A stretch of 64,000 bases of DNA from Marispirochaeta sp. (GTDB lineage Bacteria; Spirochaetota; Spirochaetia; JC444; Marispirochaetaceae), in contig CAXXFF010000003.1 of NCBI GenBank assembly GCA_963676835.2, forward strand, positions 320,001-384,000, written 5' to 3'. Made by a program: the position numbers and the translations under genes. This document shows positions 21,919-31,764 of the stretch, piece after piece. The notes beneath the pieces are model-generated. The model was given only the letters and a program-made list of their open reading frames with translations, did no database searches and had not been told where the DNA came from. The first letter of the stretch is position 1. Every line of letters starts with the position of its first letter.

Positions 21919-23085
21919 TTACTGAAGCCAGATAAGCAGAGAGAGCATCAGAAAAACTCCAGCCAGCCCCAACTTTCCAGTAAACAGATGGCGACTGAAC
22001 CATAAGCGAATCTTCTCCTGTTCCATTCCTCCGAAAACCAGAAGAAGCAGAGTAAACAGGGGAAGAATAAATGCTGCATTATAAAGGTTAAGCCATAGAA
22101 ACGGCAGCGCAGAATCCGCCCCGGATTGCACCATATAAGCTATGGTTGGCAGATAAATCTGCCCTGTACAGGCAAGTTCGATTACAGCAACAATAGTACC
22201 GGTAATAAAAAAACCAAATACCATAATAATCGAAATCTTATCGCTTTGTTTGCCGTTCTTCCGTATAACTTTATGGGCTTTCTGTTTCAAAAATTTTGGA
22301 AGCTGAAGTATCATTCCCGAAGTTTTTCCATTTTTTGCGAGGAAGGCATCACGAACAGACAGAGCCGCAAAAATCAACGCTGCTACTGCAAAAATATAAC
22401 GCAGTAGCCGTCTTACCGTTTCCATACCATCAGCTTTCCGCAGAAAACCGGCTATGCCAAAACCTATTAACAGATATGCAATATAGATCCCGCCGATAAA
22501 GGCAATTCCTGTAACAAGAACCCTGTATCGCCCGCCGCCCCTCACGGCAATCCATGACAGAAAGAAAAGCATTGTAGCAAATGCACAGGGGTTTACCCCA
22601 TCAACGAGCCCGGCAACCAGAACCGGAATAATGGAAAGTCTAAGATATTCATCTCCGAATACACCTGCAATGTCAGAGATCCCAGGTCGATAAGAGCCAT
22701 GTTTACTGTAATACTTAAGTTCAGCAGTAATGCTGCTTTCCACATCAGAATTTCCCTGGTATACGTTATTCCCTATTATCAACACCGGGAAAACAGTAAA
22801 TTCCATATTTCTGGCTTCAAGCTCCTTTACACAAAGCTCATACCCTTCCGGGGAAAGAATGTCGTAGTACTCTGCATTTACACTCAGTCCACTGAGTTTT
22901 TCTGCTTCAGGAAGAATATTCTCAGCGAATAGATCGCAGTGGGAGCAGCCTGTTTCGCCAAAGTATTTTAGACCTACACTCGCTTTATTAGTGCCGACTT
23001 CAGGCTCTGCGGTAAGTGAAAAACTAAATAATAACCCTATCAGAAAAAAAATAGGAAGAATTAAATCCAGCGGTTTTCTATTCAC
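21919..23085 (-). CDS. Thioredoxin/glutaredoxin-like domain fused to a CcdA/DsbD-type membrane domain
   Basis: CSHC, FPVLIIG, GLVDGVNPCAF and ELACTGQIY. The likely GTG start is at 23085; the ORF-track extension overlaps the transposase. Confidence 0.75.
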   Translation of the reverse strand: MNRKPLDLILPIFFLIGLLFSFSLTAEPEVGTNKASVGLKYFGETGCSHCDLFAENILPEAEKLSGLSVNAEYYDILSPEGYELCVKELEARNMEFTVFPVLIIGNNVYQGNSDVESSITAELKYYSKHGSYRPGISDIAGVFGDEYLRLSIIPVLVAGLVDGVNPCAFATMLFFLSWIAVRGGGRYRVLVTGIAFIGGIYIAYLLIGFGIAGFLRKADGMETVRRLLRYIFAVAALIFAALSVRDAFLAKNGKTSGMILQLPKFLKQKAHKVIRKNGKQSDKISIIMVFGFFITGTIVAVIELACTGQIYLPTIAYMVQSGADSALPFLWLNLYNAAFILPLFTLLLLVFGGMEQEKIRLWFSRHLFTGKLGLAGVFLMLSLLIWLQ

Positions 23086-23122
23086 AGCATATAATACATG
23101 AAATAGAGGGAACCTCTCAATG

Positions 23123-23671
23123 TTAATTACCGGGAATCTGGTTAATATACATTTTATCAGAATCCCATTTTTGAGGGTTATTTTGGATGTATTGTTGAAT
23201 TCGCTTGAATTCAACATCATTCCGTATTATGTGCTCCCAATAATTACGCTGCCAGACCTTCTCACCCGGTGTCCTACACATTTCATTTATTTGTTTGGTA
23301 ACAGACGATTTAAACCCGGCCATCACCGCCCCAATCGATCGTGGTTGTGGCCCATTGGTAGGGGCAACCAGCCGGTTGCCCCTACCAATATCGTTGCCCA
23401 TTCCGTTTATCACCATGATTCCGTGAAAATGATTCGGCATTACCACCCATTGGTCCAATTCAATTTCATTCCGTATTTCTGCGGTTTTTATCCATTCCGC
23501 GGACACGATACGACCATTTTCATTTAAAATCATTTTACCATCAACAATATCTCCAAACAAACATTCTCGTTGATGGGTACAGATTGTTATAAAATATGCT
23601 CCAGGTTGAGAATAATCATATCCTTTTAATCTGATAGAGCGTCGATGGTGGATTTCAGGATTATATTTCAT
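23123..23671 (-). mobile_element. REP-associated tyrosine transposase (RAYT, IS200/IS605 Y1 HUH family)
   Basis: RRSIRLKGYDYSQPGAYFITICT, HUH motif MPNHFHG, and WQRNYWEHIIR..YIQNNP (catalytic Tyr). Confidence 0.88.
23354..23389. repeat. REP-like perfect 16-bp inverted repeat inside the RAYT gene
   Basis: ATTGGTAGGGGCAACC-agcc-GGTTGCCCCTACCAAT, with GTAG on both strands. Confidence 0.85.
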
Positions 23672-23782
23672 ATGAGCAGCCTATGTTTTTTGGCAATGAG
23701 TTTATCGATTACAAAAATTATGTTTTTTAAATTTTTGCACATAAAACTACTACTTTTATATCTTTTATAATAACACATAATT

Positions 23783-23804
23783 AAAGAGCGCCGAAGCGCT
23801 CTTT
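23783..23804 (-). terminator. Terminator downstream of tRNA-Leu
   Basis: Minus strand reads AAAGAGCGC-TTCG-GCGCTCTTT, followed by an AT-rich run. Confidence 0.7.
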
Positions 23805-23814
23805 CTCTTTTTTG

Positions 23815-23900
23815 TGCCGGAGACCGGACTCGAACCGGTACGGACCTTTAGGTCCGGGGGATTTTAAGTCCCCGGTGTCTACCAATTTCACCACTCCGGC
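23815..23900 (-). tRNA. tRNA-Leu(TAA)
   Basis: Minus strand has acceptor GCCGGAG/CTCCGGC-A, D-loop TGGTAGAC, anticodon loop CTTAAAA, a long variable arm and T-loop GGTTCGAGTCC. CCA is not encoded. Confidence 0.95.
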
Positions 23901-23981
23901 GGGAATGACTGAATTGTGTAGAAATGATAGTACCTGTCTTGCCTCTCTGCGTCAAGCATTGTTAGGATACGGTAACAGCTT

Positions 23982-24794
23982 ATGAGTACAAGAGATAAAA
24001 CACCACCACAGATTTCATCATATGTAGATACCCACTTTCATCTGCTCCATTCCCGTAAAAAAGGATTGGATCCGGAGGAAATCCTTAAATTGTCATTTAA
24101 TTCCGGAATGTCTTTTGGCCTCGATATTTCAACAGGTCTGGATTATCTCGACGAGCGCCTCACCTTTGCAAAATCATACCCTAACCTCTATTTTTCCATT
24201 GGCTGCTATCCCAGTTATGCGGAAAATCCACTTCCCGTTAAACTGGAAGAAGAATTGACACGACAAGCCTCTCTGAGCAATAAAATTATTGCCCTTGGAG
24301 AAATAGGGCTGGATTACCATTGGGACTTCGGCACCAGAGATGCCCAGAAAGAGCTTCTCCAACGTCAGATTGTTACGGCGAATAAGCTGAATCTTCCGGT
24401 ATTGATTCATTGCCGCGACGCCCAGCAAGACCTGCTTGAAGTTTTTAACACGACACCGCCAGCCCTCCCCGGGGTAATTCACTGCTTTTCCGGTGATTAT
24501 GAGTTTGCCAAAGGCTGTCTGGATGCAGGCTTCTATATCTCTTTTGCCGGGAATGTAACCTACAAAAACGCAGGTGATATACAGGATGCCGCATGCAGAA
24601 TACCTCTGAATAGATTACTGACTGAAACAGATGCACCCTACCTGGCACCGGTACCTTTAAGAGGTAAAACCAATCGGCCGGATTATGTGCGCTTTACCCA
24701 CGCATACCTTGCAGAGTTAAGAGGTATATCCAATGATAACCTTTCAGAAGCGGTGCGCAGCAACACAACAAAAGTATTCAATGTTCCAGTATAA
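23982..24794 (+). CDS. tatD: TatD family hydrolase
   Basis: DTHFH, GEIGLDY, IHCRDA, IHCFSG and ETDAPYLAP. Confidence 0.92.
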   Translation: MSTRDKTPPQISSYVDTHFHLLHSRKKGLDPEEILKLSFNSGMSFGLDISTGLDYLDERLTFAKSYPNLYFSIGCYPSYAENPLPVKLEEELTRQASLSNKIIALGEIGLDYHWDFGTRDAQKELLQRQIVTANKLNLPVLIHCRDAQQDLLEVFNTTPPALPGVIHCFSGDYEFAKGCLDAGFYISFAGNVTYKNAGDIQDAACRIPLNRLLTETDAPYLAPVPLRGKTNRPDYVRFTHAYLAELRGISNDNLSEAVRSNTTKVFNVPV

Positions 24795-25989
24795 CAATCT
24801 CAACCCGCCTGTTCAGCGCTCTGCCTGCCTCAGTGTCATTGGGTCCTATTGGCTGACTGCCACCAACCCCGCGGTAAAGAAACTTATCTGCAGAAATACC
24901 CTCTTCTACCAGAAGATCAACAATAGTTTTGGCCCGCTCAACAGATAGGGTTAATTGACTTTCAACACTTCCAACATTCGCCGTATGGCCGATTACCAGA
25001 AATGATCGATCGTTCTGCTGCTTCAGAACTCCTGCGATTTTATTGATACGGTCCTCTTCACCCGGAAGAAGCCGTGGTGAATCTGGATAAAATCGGAGAT
25101 TCCGAAAAGAAACAGCCACACCTTCTTCCTTTATTTCTACTTCTACCTCTGGGATTTTGTTCTCGCGAACAACATCCTGTATAGCCTTTTTTGTGCTGTT
25201 TTTATCCATTACACCGTAATGATCAAACCAGGTCAGTATAAAGCCGGACCGTTCAAGTTTTTGTCCATCGGCATAACCATATTGCTCCTCTACAACATCC
25301 CTCATAAAAGCTTTACGGCTCGATTTGGGATCAACCGGAAGATATATGTCTATTAGATGTTTACCGTGAAGCAGTGATAATTGGGGATCCCCATAAGGGT
25401 CGCTGCCCCGTTCATATCTCACGGCATACTGAGCCTTAATAATATAGGCCTCTTCACCTGCGTAGTCTCCGGTACCGATATATGTGTACTCGCAAAGAAA
25501 CGGTACTCTTGTTCCACCTCTTCGTTGAGGATCAACCAGGCGCACTCCTTCAGATATCCAGCTGTCACCGGGACTCACCGCGTCCGCCGGCAGCATGGGG
25601 AAGTTTCTCAGCTGTGGGTACTCAGCATCAGCCGGGGTCTGCATTTTTCCTGCAGCATCAAATGAAACCCTTACCTCAAGCATATCATCAACCATCCTTG
25701 CGATATGTTTAAGATCACGAGTCATACTTTGCAGTCGATAAAAAGTTCCCTCATAGCGGTTTTCACTGATCCGGGTCAAAGATCCCCGGGTTTCCTCGTA
25801 CACAAAACCCTGATACCGTCCGTTTAAACGCTGACGCATACTTGTTTTTTCAGTAATAGCGTATCTGTCCACCGATGGTCCGGTAATCGATAAACCGGGC
25901 ATATCATTGGCGAAAACATCAGAGGTTATTAAAAGAAGGAATAAAAAAATCCCCCGACATAGCCGGGGGATCGCAAAAAACATTTTCAT
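24778..25989 (-). CDS. OmpA-family peptidoglycan-binding domain protein
   Basis: Signal peptide; C-terminal GHTA..LSVERA and GRALNRRVEI. Confidence 0.85.
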   Translation of the reverse strand: MKMFFAIPRLCRGIFLFLLLITSDVFANDMPGLSITGPSVDRYAITEKTSMRQRLNGRYQGFVYEETRGSLTRISENRYEGTFYRLQSMTRDLKHIARMVDDMLEVRVSFDAAGKMQTPADAEYPQLRNFPMLPADAVSPGDSWISEGVRLVDPQRRGGTRVPFLCEYTYIGTGDYAGEEAYIIKAQYAVRYERGSDPYGDPQLSLLHGKHLIDIYLPVDPKSSRKAFMRDVVEEQYGYADGQKLERSGFILTWFDHYGVMDKNSTKKAIQDVVRENKIPEVEVEIKEEGVAVSFRNLRFYPDSPRLLPGEEDRINKIAGVLKQQNDRSFLVIGHTANVGSVESQLTLSVERAKTIVDLLVEEGISADKFLYRGVGGSQPIGPNDTEAGRALNRRVEIVILEH

Positions 25990-26007
25990 TACAAGGTTCC
26001 GGCTAAA

Positions 26008-26721
26008 TCACCAGGAATCCTGCATATCGTCAACATCACGGCTCTCTTCGGAGTAGAGATCGGTAACTGCTCTCATATCATCAAAATAGAGGTAGTAGTT
26101 ACCATAGGTATCAACAGGATCACAAAGAATCTTGAACCCGTCTACCTTGATCCCCATGCGGTTGGCGTGGTGGTAATCCCTCTGAACTATATGGGGCGGA
26201 ATTGCCACGGTCATCTTCTTCCAGCCGGTAAAGTTGAGACTGCCCATGGTTATCTCAGCCTGATTACCGTAATAGTCGCTTATAAGAAGCTTAAGTGTAT
26301 GCTTGTTATTTCTTCCAACAACCCAAACAGAGATTGTTTTGGTAATTCCCTCAATAGCCATTGGCCGTGCAGGGGTTACCAGGAATTCATGAAATCCGCG
26401 CTTGAAGTACTGGACCTTAACACCAAGAACATAACGGTCTACTTCGCTTTGGGAAATACCAATCGCCTCTTCTTCCGGAATCGGCTCTTTATCTATAGGA
26501 CCGCCGGGAAGACGCTTTACACTGATTAAACCATTATCCAGAGGAATAAAGGCATTCCAGAACCCTGCATCTTCATACTTGGTTACCGATACTTCCTTAA
26601 GCTTCTGCTGTGCTGAATCAATCCCGATCTCTTCGGCATTCGGCTCACCAACAGAATAGTTCTGAGCGGTTAATCCGATGGCAGCAAACAGACACACTAT
26701 CAGCAGTAAACTCTTCTTCAT
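26008..26721 (-). CDS. flaA: Flagellar filament outer-layer (sheath) protein FlaA
   Basis: Signal peptide; VLGVKVQY.KRG, TISVWVVGRN, GSLNFTGWK and YFDDM. Confidence 0.85.
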   Translation of the reverse strand: MKKSLLLIVCLFAAIGLTAQNYSVGEPNAEEIGIDSAQQKLKEVSVTKYEDAGFWNAFIPLDNGLISVKRLPGGPIDKEPIPEEEAIGISQSEVDRYVLGVKVQYFKRGFHEFLVTPARPMAIEGITKTISVWVVGRNNKHTLKLLISDYYGNQAEITMGSLNFTGWKKMTVAIPPHIVQRDYHHANRMGIKVDGFKILCDPVDTYGNYYLYFDDMRAVTDLYSEESRDVDDMQDSW

Positions 26722-26726
26722 AATAT

Positions 26727-27464
26727 CTATTCCCCTTCCTCTGGCCAGACTTCTTTCCGGGTATCAGGGCGTACGAACTCATCCCCGTCGAAGCGGCTTT
26801 CGAAAACGTCTGTAAGAACTTTTAAATGGTCCAGGTAAAAGTCAAAGCCGGCTACATTTTCCTTGGGTTCGGTTCTGAGAACAAACTTAATTACCTTCAG
26901 ATCCCTGTAATGGGGAATATAAACCTGACTCTGGGGTATGTATGTGGGAATATCAATTCGCAGATTCTGCCAACCGATATAATTCAGACTACCCATGGGC
27001 AGGACATAAACATACCCGCGGTAATCTTCAAGGTGGACTTCCAGAGAAAACTTATACTGGCTGCCCCATGCCCATACATCGAGCTGTTTTGCCCGACCCG
27101 GAATTGAAATCTTTGTTGGAACCTTTCCGTCCGGGCCGTCGACCACAGGGAAGATCTCCAGATAATTGAATCCCTGTCTGTCAAAGGCTGCCTGCATTCC
27201 AAGAACCTGATGGTTCTCTTCATCTCCGGCCCTTCCGTACAGTGCGAAAGGAAAACCGTTAACAGTTTTGAACTTGGGATATCCTTCAGTAATGAACTTA
27301 CTGCCCTGAACATACCATTCATACGATGCGTCATCCGGATCAAAGGTCTCAAGGACCGTGGAAACAAGATTCTGAGTAGATGTATCGGCGACCAGAAGCG
27401 CCATAGGAGAAGTCAGGATGAACAATAAAAGGCAAACAAAGAATAAACGGAAACCGCGATTCAT
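26727..27464 (-). CDS. flaA: Flagellar filament outer-layer (sheath) protein FlaA, second paralogue
   Basis: VLG..AAFDRQG.N, LDVWAWGS, LEDYRG and GSLNYIGWQNL. SD AAGGAG precedes the ATG at 27464. Confidence 0.85.
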   Translation of the reverse strand: MNRGFRLFFVCLLLFILTSPMALLVADTSTQNLVSTVLETFDPDDASYEWYVQGSKFITEGYPKFKTVNGFPFALYGRAGDEENHQVLGMQAAFDRQGFNYLEIFPVVDGPDGKVPTKISIPGRAKQLDVWAWGSQYKFSLEVHLEDYRGYVYVLPMGSLNYIGWQNLRIDIPTYIPQSQVYIPHYRDLKVIKFVLRTEPKENVAGFDFYLDHLKVLTDVFESRFDGDEFVRPDTRKEVWPEEGE

Positions 27465-27675
27465 TCTTAACTCCTTTATGTAATTAGAAAAACTCACACA
27501 ACCGTCAGCAAGTTGAATTATATTTCTATCAAAATACTTTGTCAAACCTTTTTCCTTTTTTTAGAAAATCTTAATTCCTGATAAAATCTGTACTTATATT
27601 TAAACTAAAGCGGCATCATATAAGACAACAGCAAAATAAACGGCAAGGATACCGGTAATATGACTGGTAAAATGG

Positions 27676-28440
27676 TTAATAAAGGGATTCAAAACGCCAA
27701 CGGGGTACAGTAGATCCGGATGAAAGACCTTCGGCATAAACCGCCCCCCAATCCATATGCAGCACAGCAGCAGAACCGGGCTGCTTTTTTCTACCCGCAC
27801 GATCAGTAACAATAAGGAGATCGCCTCCGGAAGTCTTCAGGGAATCAAAGAGATCAATGCTCAAGTCGCCGCAAAAGAGAAGCAGAACCGGAGTTTCGAC
27901 TTTAAAAGATGAAGCCTCTTTACCTACTACCCTGGTTTCCAGAACATTGCCCTCAAACAGCTCCTGCAAAGCTTCTGCCAGAAGAACTTTTGAATATGGT
28001 TCCCGACTGTACACCAGGGTAATGCGCGGATCACCTTCGGGGAAATATTCAGAGATCCACCGATGGATCGCCTCGGCGGCAGTCCCGGCAATCTCCCGGC
28101 TGCTCTGTTTAAATACAGGGATAAATATGTCCATGTCTGCATATTCTTTCTGCAGACCTTCTGCAGACTGCTGCAATAAAGGACTGAAAAGCAGTTTCTG
28201 CCCTTTTTCTATTTTACCTGCCACACCTGCCTGCTCGATCTTTTCCAGAATCCCTGCAGGGTCGAGACGGGTATCATCAAGTATCAGAAACTCAAGTCTG
28301 CCATTCAGGGCTTTCTCAAGCAGAGGCTTTTCGGTTTCTGCAAAATAGTTATCGCTTATACATATAAAAGAAGGAGAAGAGCAGGAAACACTCATAAGCA
28401 GAAGAAGCAACGCTGCCGGAAAAAGAGCCTTTTTTATCAC
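27676..28440 (-). CDS. Hypothetical lipoprotein
   Basis: N-terminus MIKK..LLLLLMSVSC resembles a spirochaetal lipobox. Confidence 0.6.
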   Translation of the reverse strand: MIKKALFPAALLLLLMSVSCSSPSFICISDNYFAETEKPLLEKALNGRLEFLILDDTRLDPAGILEKIEQAGVAGKIEKGQKLLFSPLLQQSAEGLQKEYADMDIFIPVFKQSSREIAGTAAEAIHRWISEYFPEGDPRITLVYSREPYSKVLLAEALQELFEGNVLETRVVGKEASSFKVETPVLLLFCGDLSIDLFDSLKTSGGDLLIVTDRAGRKKQPGSAAVLHMDWGAVYAEGLSSGSTVPRWRFESLY

Positions 28441-28475
28441 ATCTGGAGTTTACGACCACAGGCATTAGAGGTCAA
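28441..28475 (-). promoter_or_regulatory. Sigma70-type promoter, probably leaderless
   Basis: Minus strand reads TTGACC-N17-TAAACT-N6-GTG. Confidence 0.55.
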
Positions 28476-28483
28476 TAGCGGAC

Positions 28484-28512
28484 TTGACACCCATCTACCA
28501 CCTCCCTACAAT
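28484..28512 (+). promoter_or_regulatory. Sigma70 promoter of fba
   Basis: TTGACA-N17-TACAAT, followed by SD AAGGAG. Confidence 0.75.
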
Positions 28513-28548
28513 TCAAATAAGAGATAATCCAATAGGAAGGAGCCATAT

Positions 28549-29541
28549 ATGACCTCATATAAAGAGCTTGGTCTTGTTAATACCAAAGAAATTTTCAAGA
28601 AGGCTGTTGCCGGCGGTTACGCTATTCCCGCCTACAACTTCAATAACATGGAGCAGATGCAGGCAATTGTACAGGCCTGTGTTGAAACCAAATCACCTGT
28701 AATTCTTCAGGTATCTTCCGGTGCGAGAAAATACGCAAACTCCACCCTTCTCCGCTACATGGCTCAGGGAGCCGTTGCCTACGCAAAGGAACTCGGATAC
28801 GAGATTCCAATTGTACTTCACCTGGACCATGGCGACACCTTTGAGCTCTGTAAAGACTGTATAGATTCCGGTTTTTCTTCTGTTATGATCGATGGAAGCC
28901 ACCACTCCTACGAAGAGAACGTTGCACTTACCAAAAAGGTAGTGGAATATGCTCACGCCCACGATGTAACAGTCGAAGGAGAACTGGGAGTTCTTGCAGG
29001 CATTGAAGATGATGTGGTAGCCGAAACTTCAACCTACACAAAACCCGAAGAGGTAATTGATTTCGTTGAAAGAACCGGTGTAGATTCCCTTGCAATTTCC
29101 ATCGGAACCAGTCACGGCGCCATGAAATTTACTCCCGATCAGTGTACCCGCAATGCGGAAGGCGTTCTGGTACCCCCACCCCTCCGTTTTGATATCCTTG
29201 AAGAAATTGAGAAAAAGCTTCCTGGCTTCCCCATTGTTCTTCACGGGTCATCCTCTGTTCCCATGGATAAGGTCAATATGATCAATAAATTCGGCGGCGC
29301 CATGAAGGATGCAGTGGGAATCCCCGAGGAACAACTGCGAAAAGCGGCCAAATCTGCAGTCTGCAAAATCAATATCGACTCTGACGGACGTCTTGCTATG
29401 ACTGCTGCTGTTCGTGAGGTTATGGCTACCAAACCTGAAGAGTTTGACCCCCGTAAATACCTCGGACCAGCACGGGATTCGCTGAAAGAACTCTACATGC
29501 ACAAAAATGAAAAGGTACTCGGTTCTGCCGGACAGGCCTGA
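28549..29541 (+). CDS. fba: Class II fructose-1,6-bisphosphate aldolase
   Basis: HLDHG, SVMIDGS, VEGELG, IGTSHG, VLHGSS and FDPRKYLGPAR. Confidence 0.95.
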   Translation: MTSYKELGLVNTKEIFKKAVAGGYAIPAYNFNNMEQMQAIVQACVETKSPVILQVSSGARKYANSTLLRYMAQGAVAYAKELGYEIPIVLHLDHGDTFELCKDCIDSGFSSVMIDGSHHSYEENVALTKKVVEYAHAHDVTVEGELGVLAGIEDDVVAETSTYTKPEEVIDFVERTGVDSLAISIGTSHGAMKFTPDQCTRNAEGVLVPPPLRFDILEEIEKKLPGFPIVLHGSSSVPMDKVNMINKFGGAMKDAVGIPEEQLRKAAKSAVCKINIDSDGRLAMTAAVREVMATKPEEFDPRKYLGPARDSLKELYMHKNEKVLGSAGQA

Positions 29542-29573
29542 TCCGTTTCTTTTGCAATTCAGTACTTAAATAG

Positions 29574-29610
29574 AAAAGCTGCGGCAGATAATACCTGCTG
29601 CAGCTTTTTT
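29574..29610. terminator. Intrinsic terminator, probably bidirectional
   Basis: AAAAGCTGCGGCAG-ataatac-CTGCTGCAGCTTTTTT. Confidence 0.8.
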
Positions 29611-29667
29611 ATTGTCTTGATTTTACAAGGAGAGCTGATAGACGATTCAGGGAAAATCCCAAATATG

Positions 29668-30297
29668 TCAGCTGACGATGTTTTCTTTAAGCACCAGATA
29701 GATACTGCCTGCAGCAAAAACGGTAAACAGTGCAGCAGCTCCAAGCCAGTAAAAGCTGTAAAAAAGGGCGGGAACAAGGGCAAATAAAAATGAAACCGCC
29801 AGGGATATGACAACAAAAGCCAGTCCTTTGCTGCTGCCTGACGAGAGGTACCTGCCGAAGAGAGCAGATAGAAGCAATATAAAGGAAAGTATTACCAGGG
29901 GCAGAAAAAAGAGGAGAAAAGGGTCTCTCATTGTTGGGTATCGAATTATGGTATCAATGCCCATGGGGAGAAAAAGCCCCGAAAAGAAGGGATATACTGT
30001 TGCCTCTTTAAGAAATCCGCTGAAAAAACTGCTTTTAAAAACCATTACGCCTAGAAAAGCAGCTATTCCAATACTGAGAAATAACTCCAGGGCCCAGAAA
30101 AAGTAGTCACTGAGAAAAGAAGGGATCATCCCCGCCGGCAGCCTGATAATCCAGGAAACCAGAAGATAAAAGAGGTATGTCCAGAACCCGGCTGCATATG
30201 ATTTCCACCAGATGAGTTTGTCCGGCAGCCCTTTTCGTTTTGTTAAGAACAAGACAAACGGTGCCAGAATCGGAAATACAGCTAAAAACGATATCAT
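29668..30297 (-). CDS. Hypothetical integral membrane protein
   Basis: 209 aa with about seven hydrophobic segments. Confidence 0.7.
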   Translation of the reverse strand: MISFLAVFPILAPFVLFLTKRKGLPDKLIWWKSYAAGFWTYLFYLLVSWIIRLPAGMIPSFLSDYFFWALELFLSIGIAAFLGVMVFKSSFFSGFLKEATVYPFFSGLFLPMGIDTIIRYPTMRDPFLLFFLPLVILSFILLLSALFGRYLSSGSSKGLAFVVISLAVSFLFALVPALFYSFYWLGAAALFTVFAAGSIYLVLKENIVS

Positions 30298-30332
30298 AGC
30301 GGTATAGTATCAGGTTAGTTTTCTTGTGGCAA
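30298..30332 (-). promoter_or_regulatory. Sigma70-type promoter, probably leaderless
   Basis: Minus strand reads TTGCCA-N17-TACTAT-N6-ATG. Confidence 0.6.
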
Positions 30333-30544
30333 TTATCTCCTGAGGATTCAGTTTTCTGTAAATAGAATTGCTGCATTACTCAAATCATGTTAAACACTCA
30401 AACCCGACACATTTTCGAGTATAATTTACCTGTTTACACTTTACCCGTATCGTTTTATTATTGTTCAACAACGCATTATCTCATCACGTGTCAAATATCT
30501 CCATACTGAAGTAATATGTTTATCCGATAGCAGTATTTGAGTTA

Positions 30545-30573
30545 TTGATTCTTTCTATGCAGAATGATATAGT
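30545..30573 (+). promoter_or_regulatory. Sigma70 promoter of the infC operon
   Basis: TTGATT-N17-TATAGT. Confidence 0.6.
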
Positions 30574-30605
30574 GCCATCTCATATCGGATTATTTTGGAG
30601 GAATA

Positions 30606-31181
30606 TTGGCTGTTAAAGACCTGCGGATCAATGAACAGATCCGTGTTCGCGAAGTACGCTTAATTGATGGTGAGGGTGAACAACGTGGAGTACTACCCGC
30701 AAACGAGGCTATGCAGCTCGCCCAGGAAGCCGGGCTGGACCTGGTAGAGATCGCACCCAACGCGAATCCGCCGGTCTGCAAAATCCTCGACTACGGTAAG
30801 TATAAATTCGAGCAGGAAAAACGCATCCGGGAATCTAAAAAGAAGCAGAAGCTTCTGAAGATGAAAGAAATCAGGATGCAGCCCAAGATCGAAAAGCACG
30901 ACATGGAGTTCAAAGCCAAACACATAAGGACCTTCCTGGAAGAAGGTAACAAAGTAAAAGTTACCATCCGTTTCCGGGGACGTGAGCTGGCTCATACAGA
31001 ACTCGGTAAAGTAGTGCTGGAAAAGATTATGGAGCTACTCGAAGATTCATTTATCGTTGACCGTGCACCTGCAATGGAAGGGCGATTTATGTCGATGATC
31101 CTTAACCCGAAGAACTCCAATAAATCCAAGGCAAAGAAGAACAAAGAAGACGAAACGAAGGAGGAGAGCAACGATGCCTAA
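30606..31181 (+). CDS. infC: Translation initiation factor IF-3
   Basis: [26 protein letters not shown] and [12 protein letters not shown]. Non-ATG (TTG) start after GGAGG. Confidence 0.97.
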   Translation: MAVKDLRINEQIRVREVRLIDGEGEQRGVLPANEAMQLAQEAGLDLVEIAPNANPPVCKILDYGKYKFEQEKRIRESKKKQKLLKMKEIRMQPKIEKHDMEFKAKHIRTFLEEGNKVKVTIRFRGRELAHTELGKVVLEKIMELLEDSFIVDRAPAMEGRFMSMILNPKNSNKSKAKKNKEDETKEESNDA

Positions 31182-31368
31182 GATGAAGACGCGAAGAGCA
31201 GCTGCGAAACGGTACTCCTACACCGGAAGCGGCAAAATCAAGTATAAGAAACAGGGTTTGCGCCACATTCTTACCAAGAAAAGTACCAAGCGCAAGCGGA
31301 AACTTCGCAAAAGCGGTATTTTGAGCGAAGCTGAAACAAGACGTGTACGCGTCCTTATGCCCTACTGA
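31174..31368 (+). CDS. rpmI: 50S ribosomal protein L35
   Basis: MPKMKT..AAAKRY..TGSGK and HILTKK. Confidence 0.97.
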   Translation: MPKMKTRRAAAKRYSYTGSGKIKYKKQGLRHILTKKSTKRKRKLRKSGILSEAETRRVRVLMPY

Positions 31369-31397
31369 TTATACTAGATTTTTAAGGAGACTATAAA

Positions 31398-31757
31398 ATG
31401 CCACGCGCAGTAGATGGAACCAAACGTCACGATAGACGAAAGAAGATCCTCAAGTCAGCAAAAGGCTATTGGGGACGAAGAAAAAGCAACTTCCGCACAG
31501 CGAAAGATGCCATTGCCAAAGCAGGCAACTACGCATACCGGGACAGGCGTGCAAAAAAGAGGGAGTTCAGAAGACTCTGGATTGCCCGTATTTCAGCCGC
31601 TTGCCGGGACAGAGGCGTAACCTACTCCCGCTTTATAAATGGTCTTACCAAGGCACAGGTTGAAATCAACCGTAAAGCTCTGTCAAACCTTGCTATCGAA
31701 GATCCCAAGGCATTTGACGCAATTGTTGAAACAGCAAAAAGCGCACTGGAGGGTTAA
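31398..31757 (+). CDS. rplT: 50S ribosomal protein L20
   Basis: [25 protein letters not shown] and NRKALS.LA. Confidence 0.97.
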   Translation: MPRAVDGTKRHDRRKKILKSAKGYWGRRKSNFRTAKDAIAKAGNYAYRDRRAKKREFRRLWIARISAACRDRGVTYSRFINGLTKAQVEINRKALSNLAIEDPKAFDAIVETAKSALEG

Positions 31758-31764
31758 TCCTTAG

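Noticed and set aside
23086..23220. N-terminal extension of the 433-aa CcdA-like ORF
   Set aside because: It overlaps the RAYT gene in another frame; the signal-like segment begins near 23085.
14321..23814. Integrative element bounded by a tRNA-Leu att duplication
   Set aside because: I saw no integrase and no second copy of the tRNA 3' end by eye.
30333..30605. Possible L20 leader or ncRNA upstream of infC
   Set aside because: The best promoter lies only about 30 nt before infC, and I found only short weak inverted repeats.
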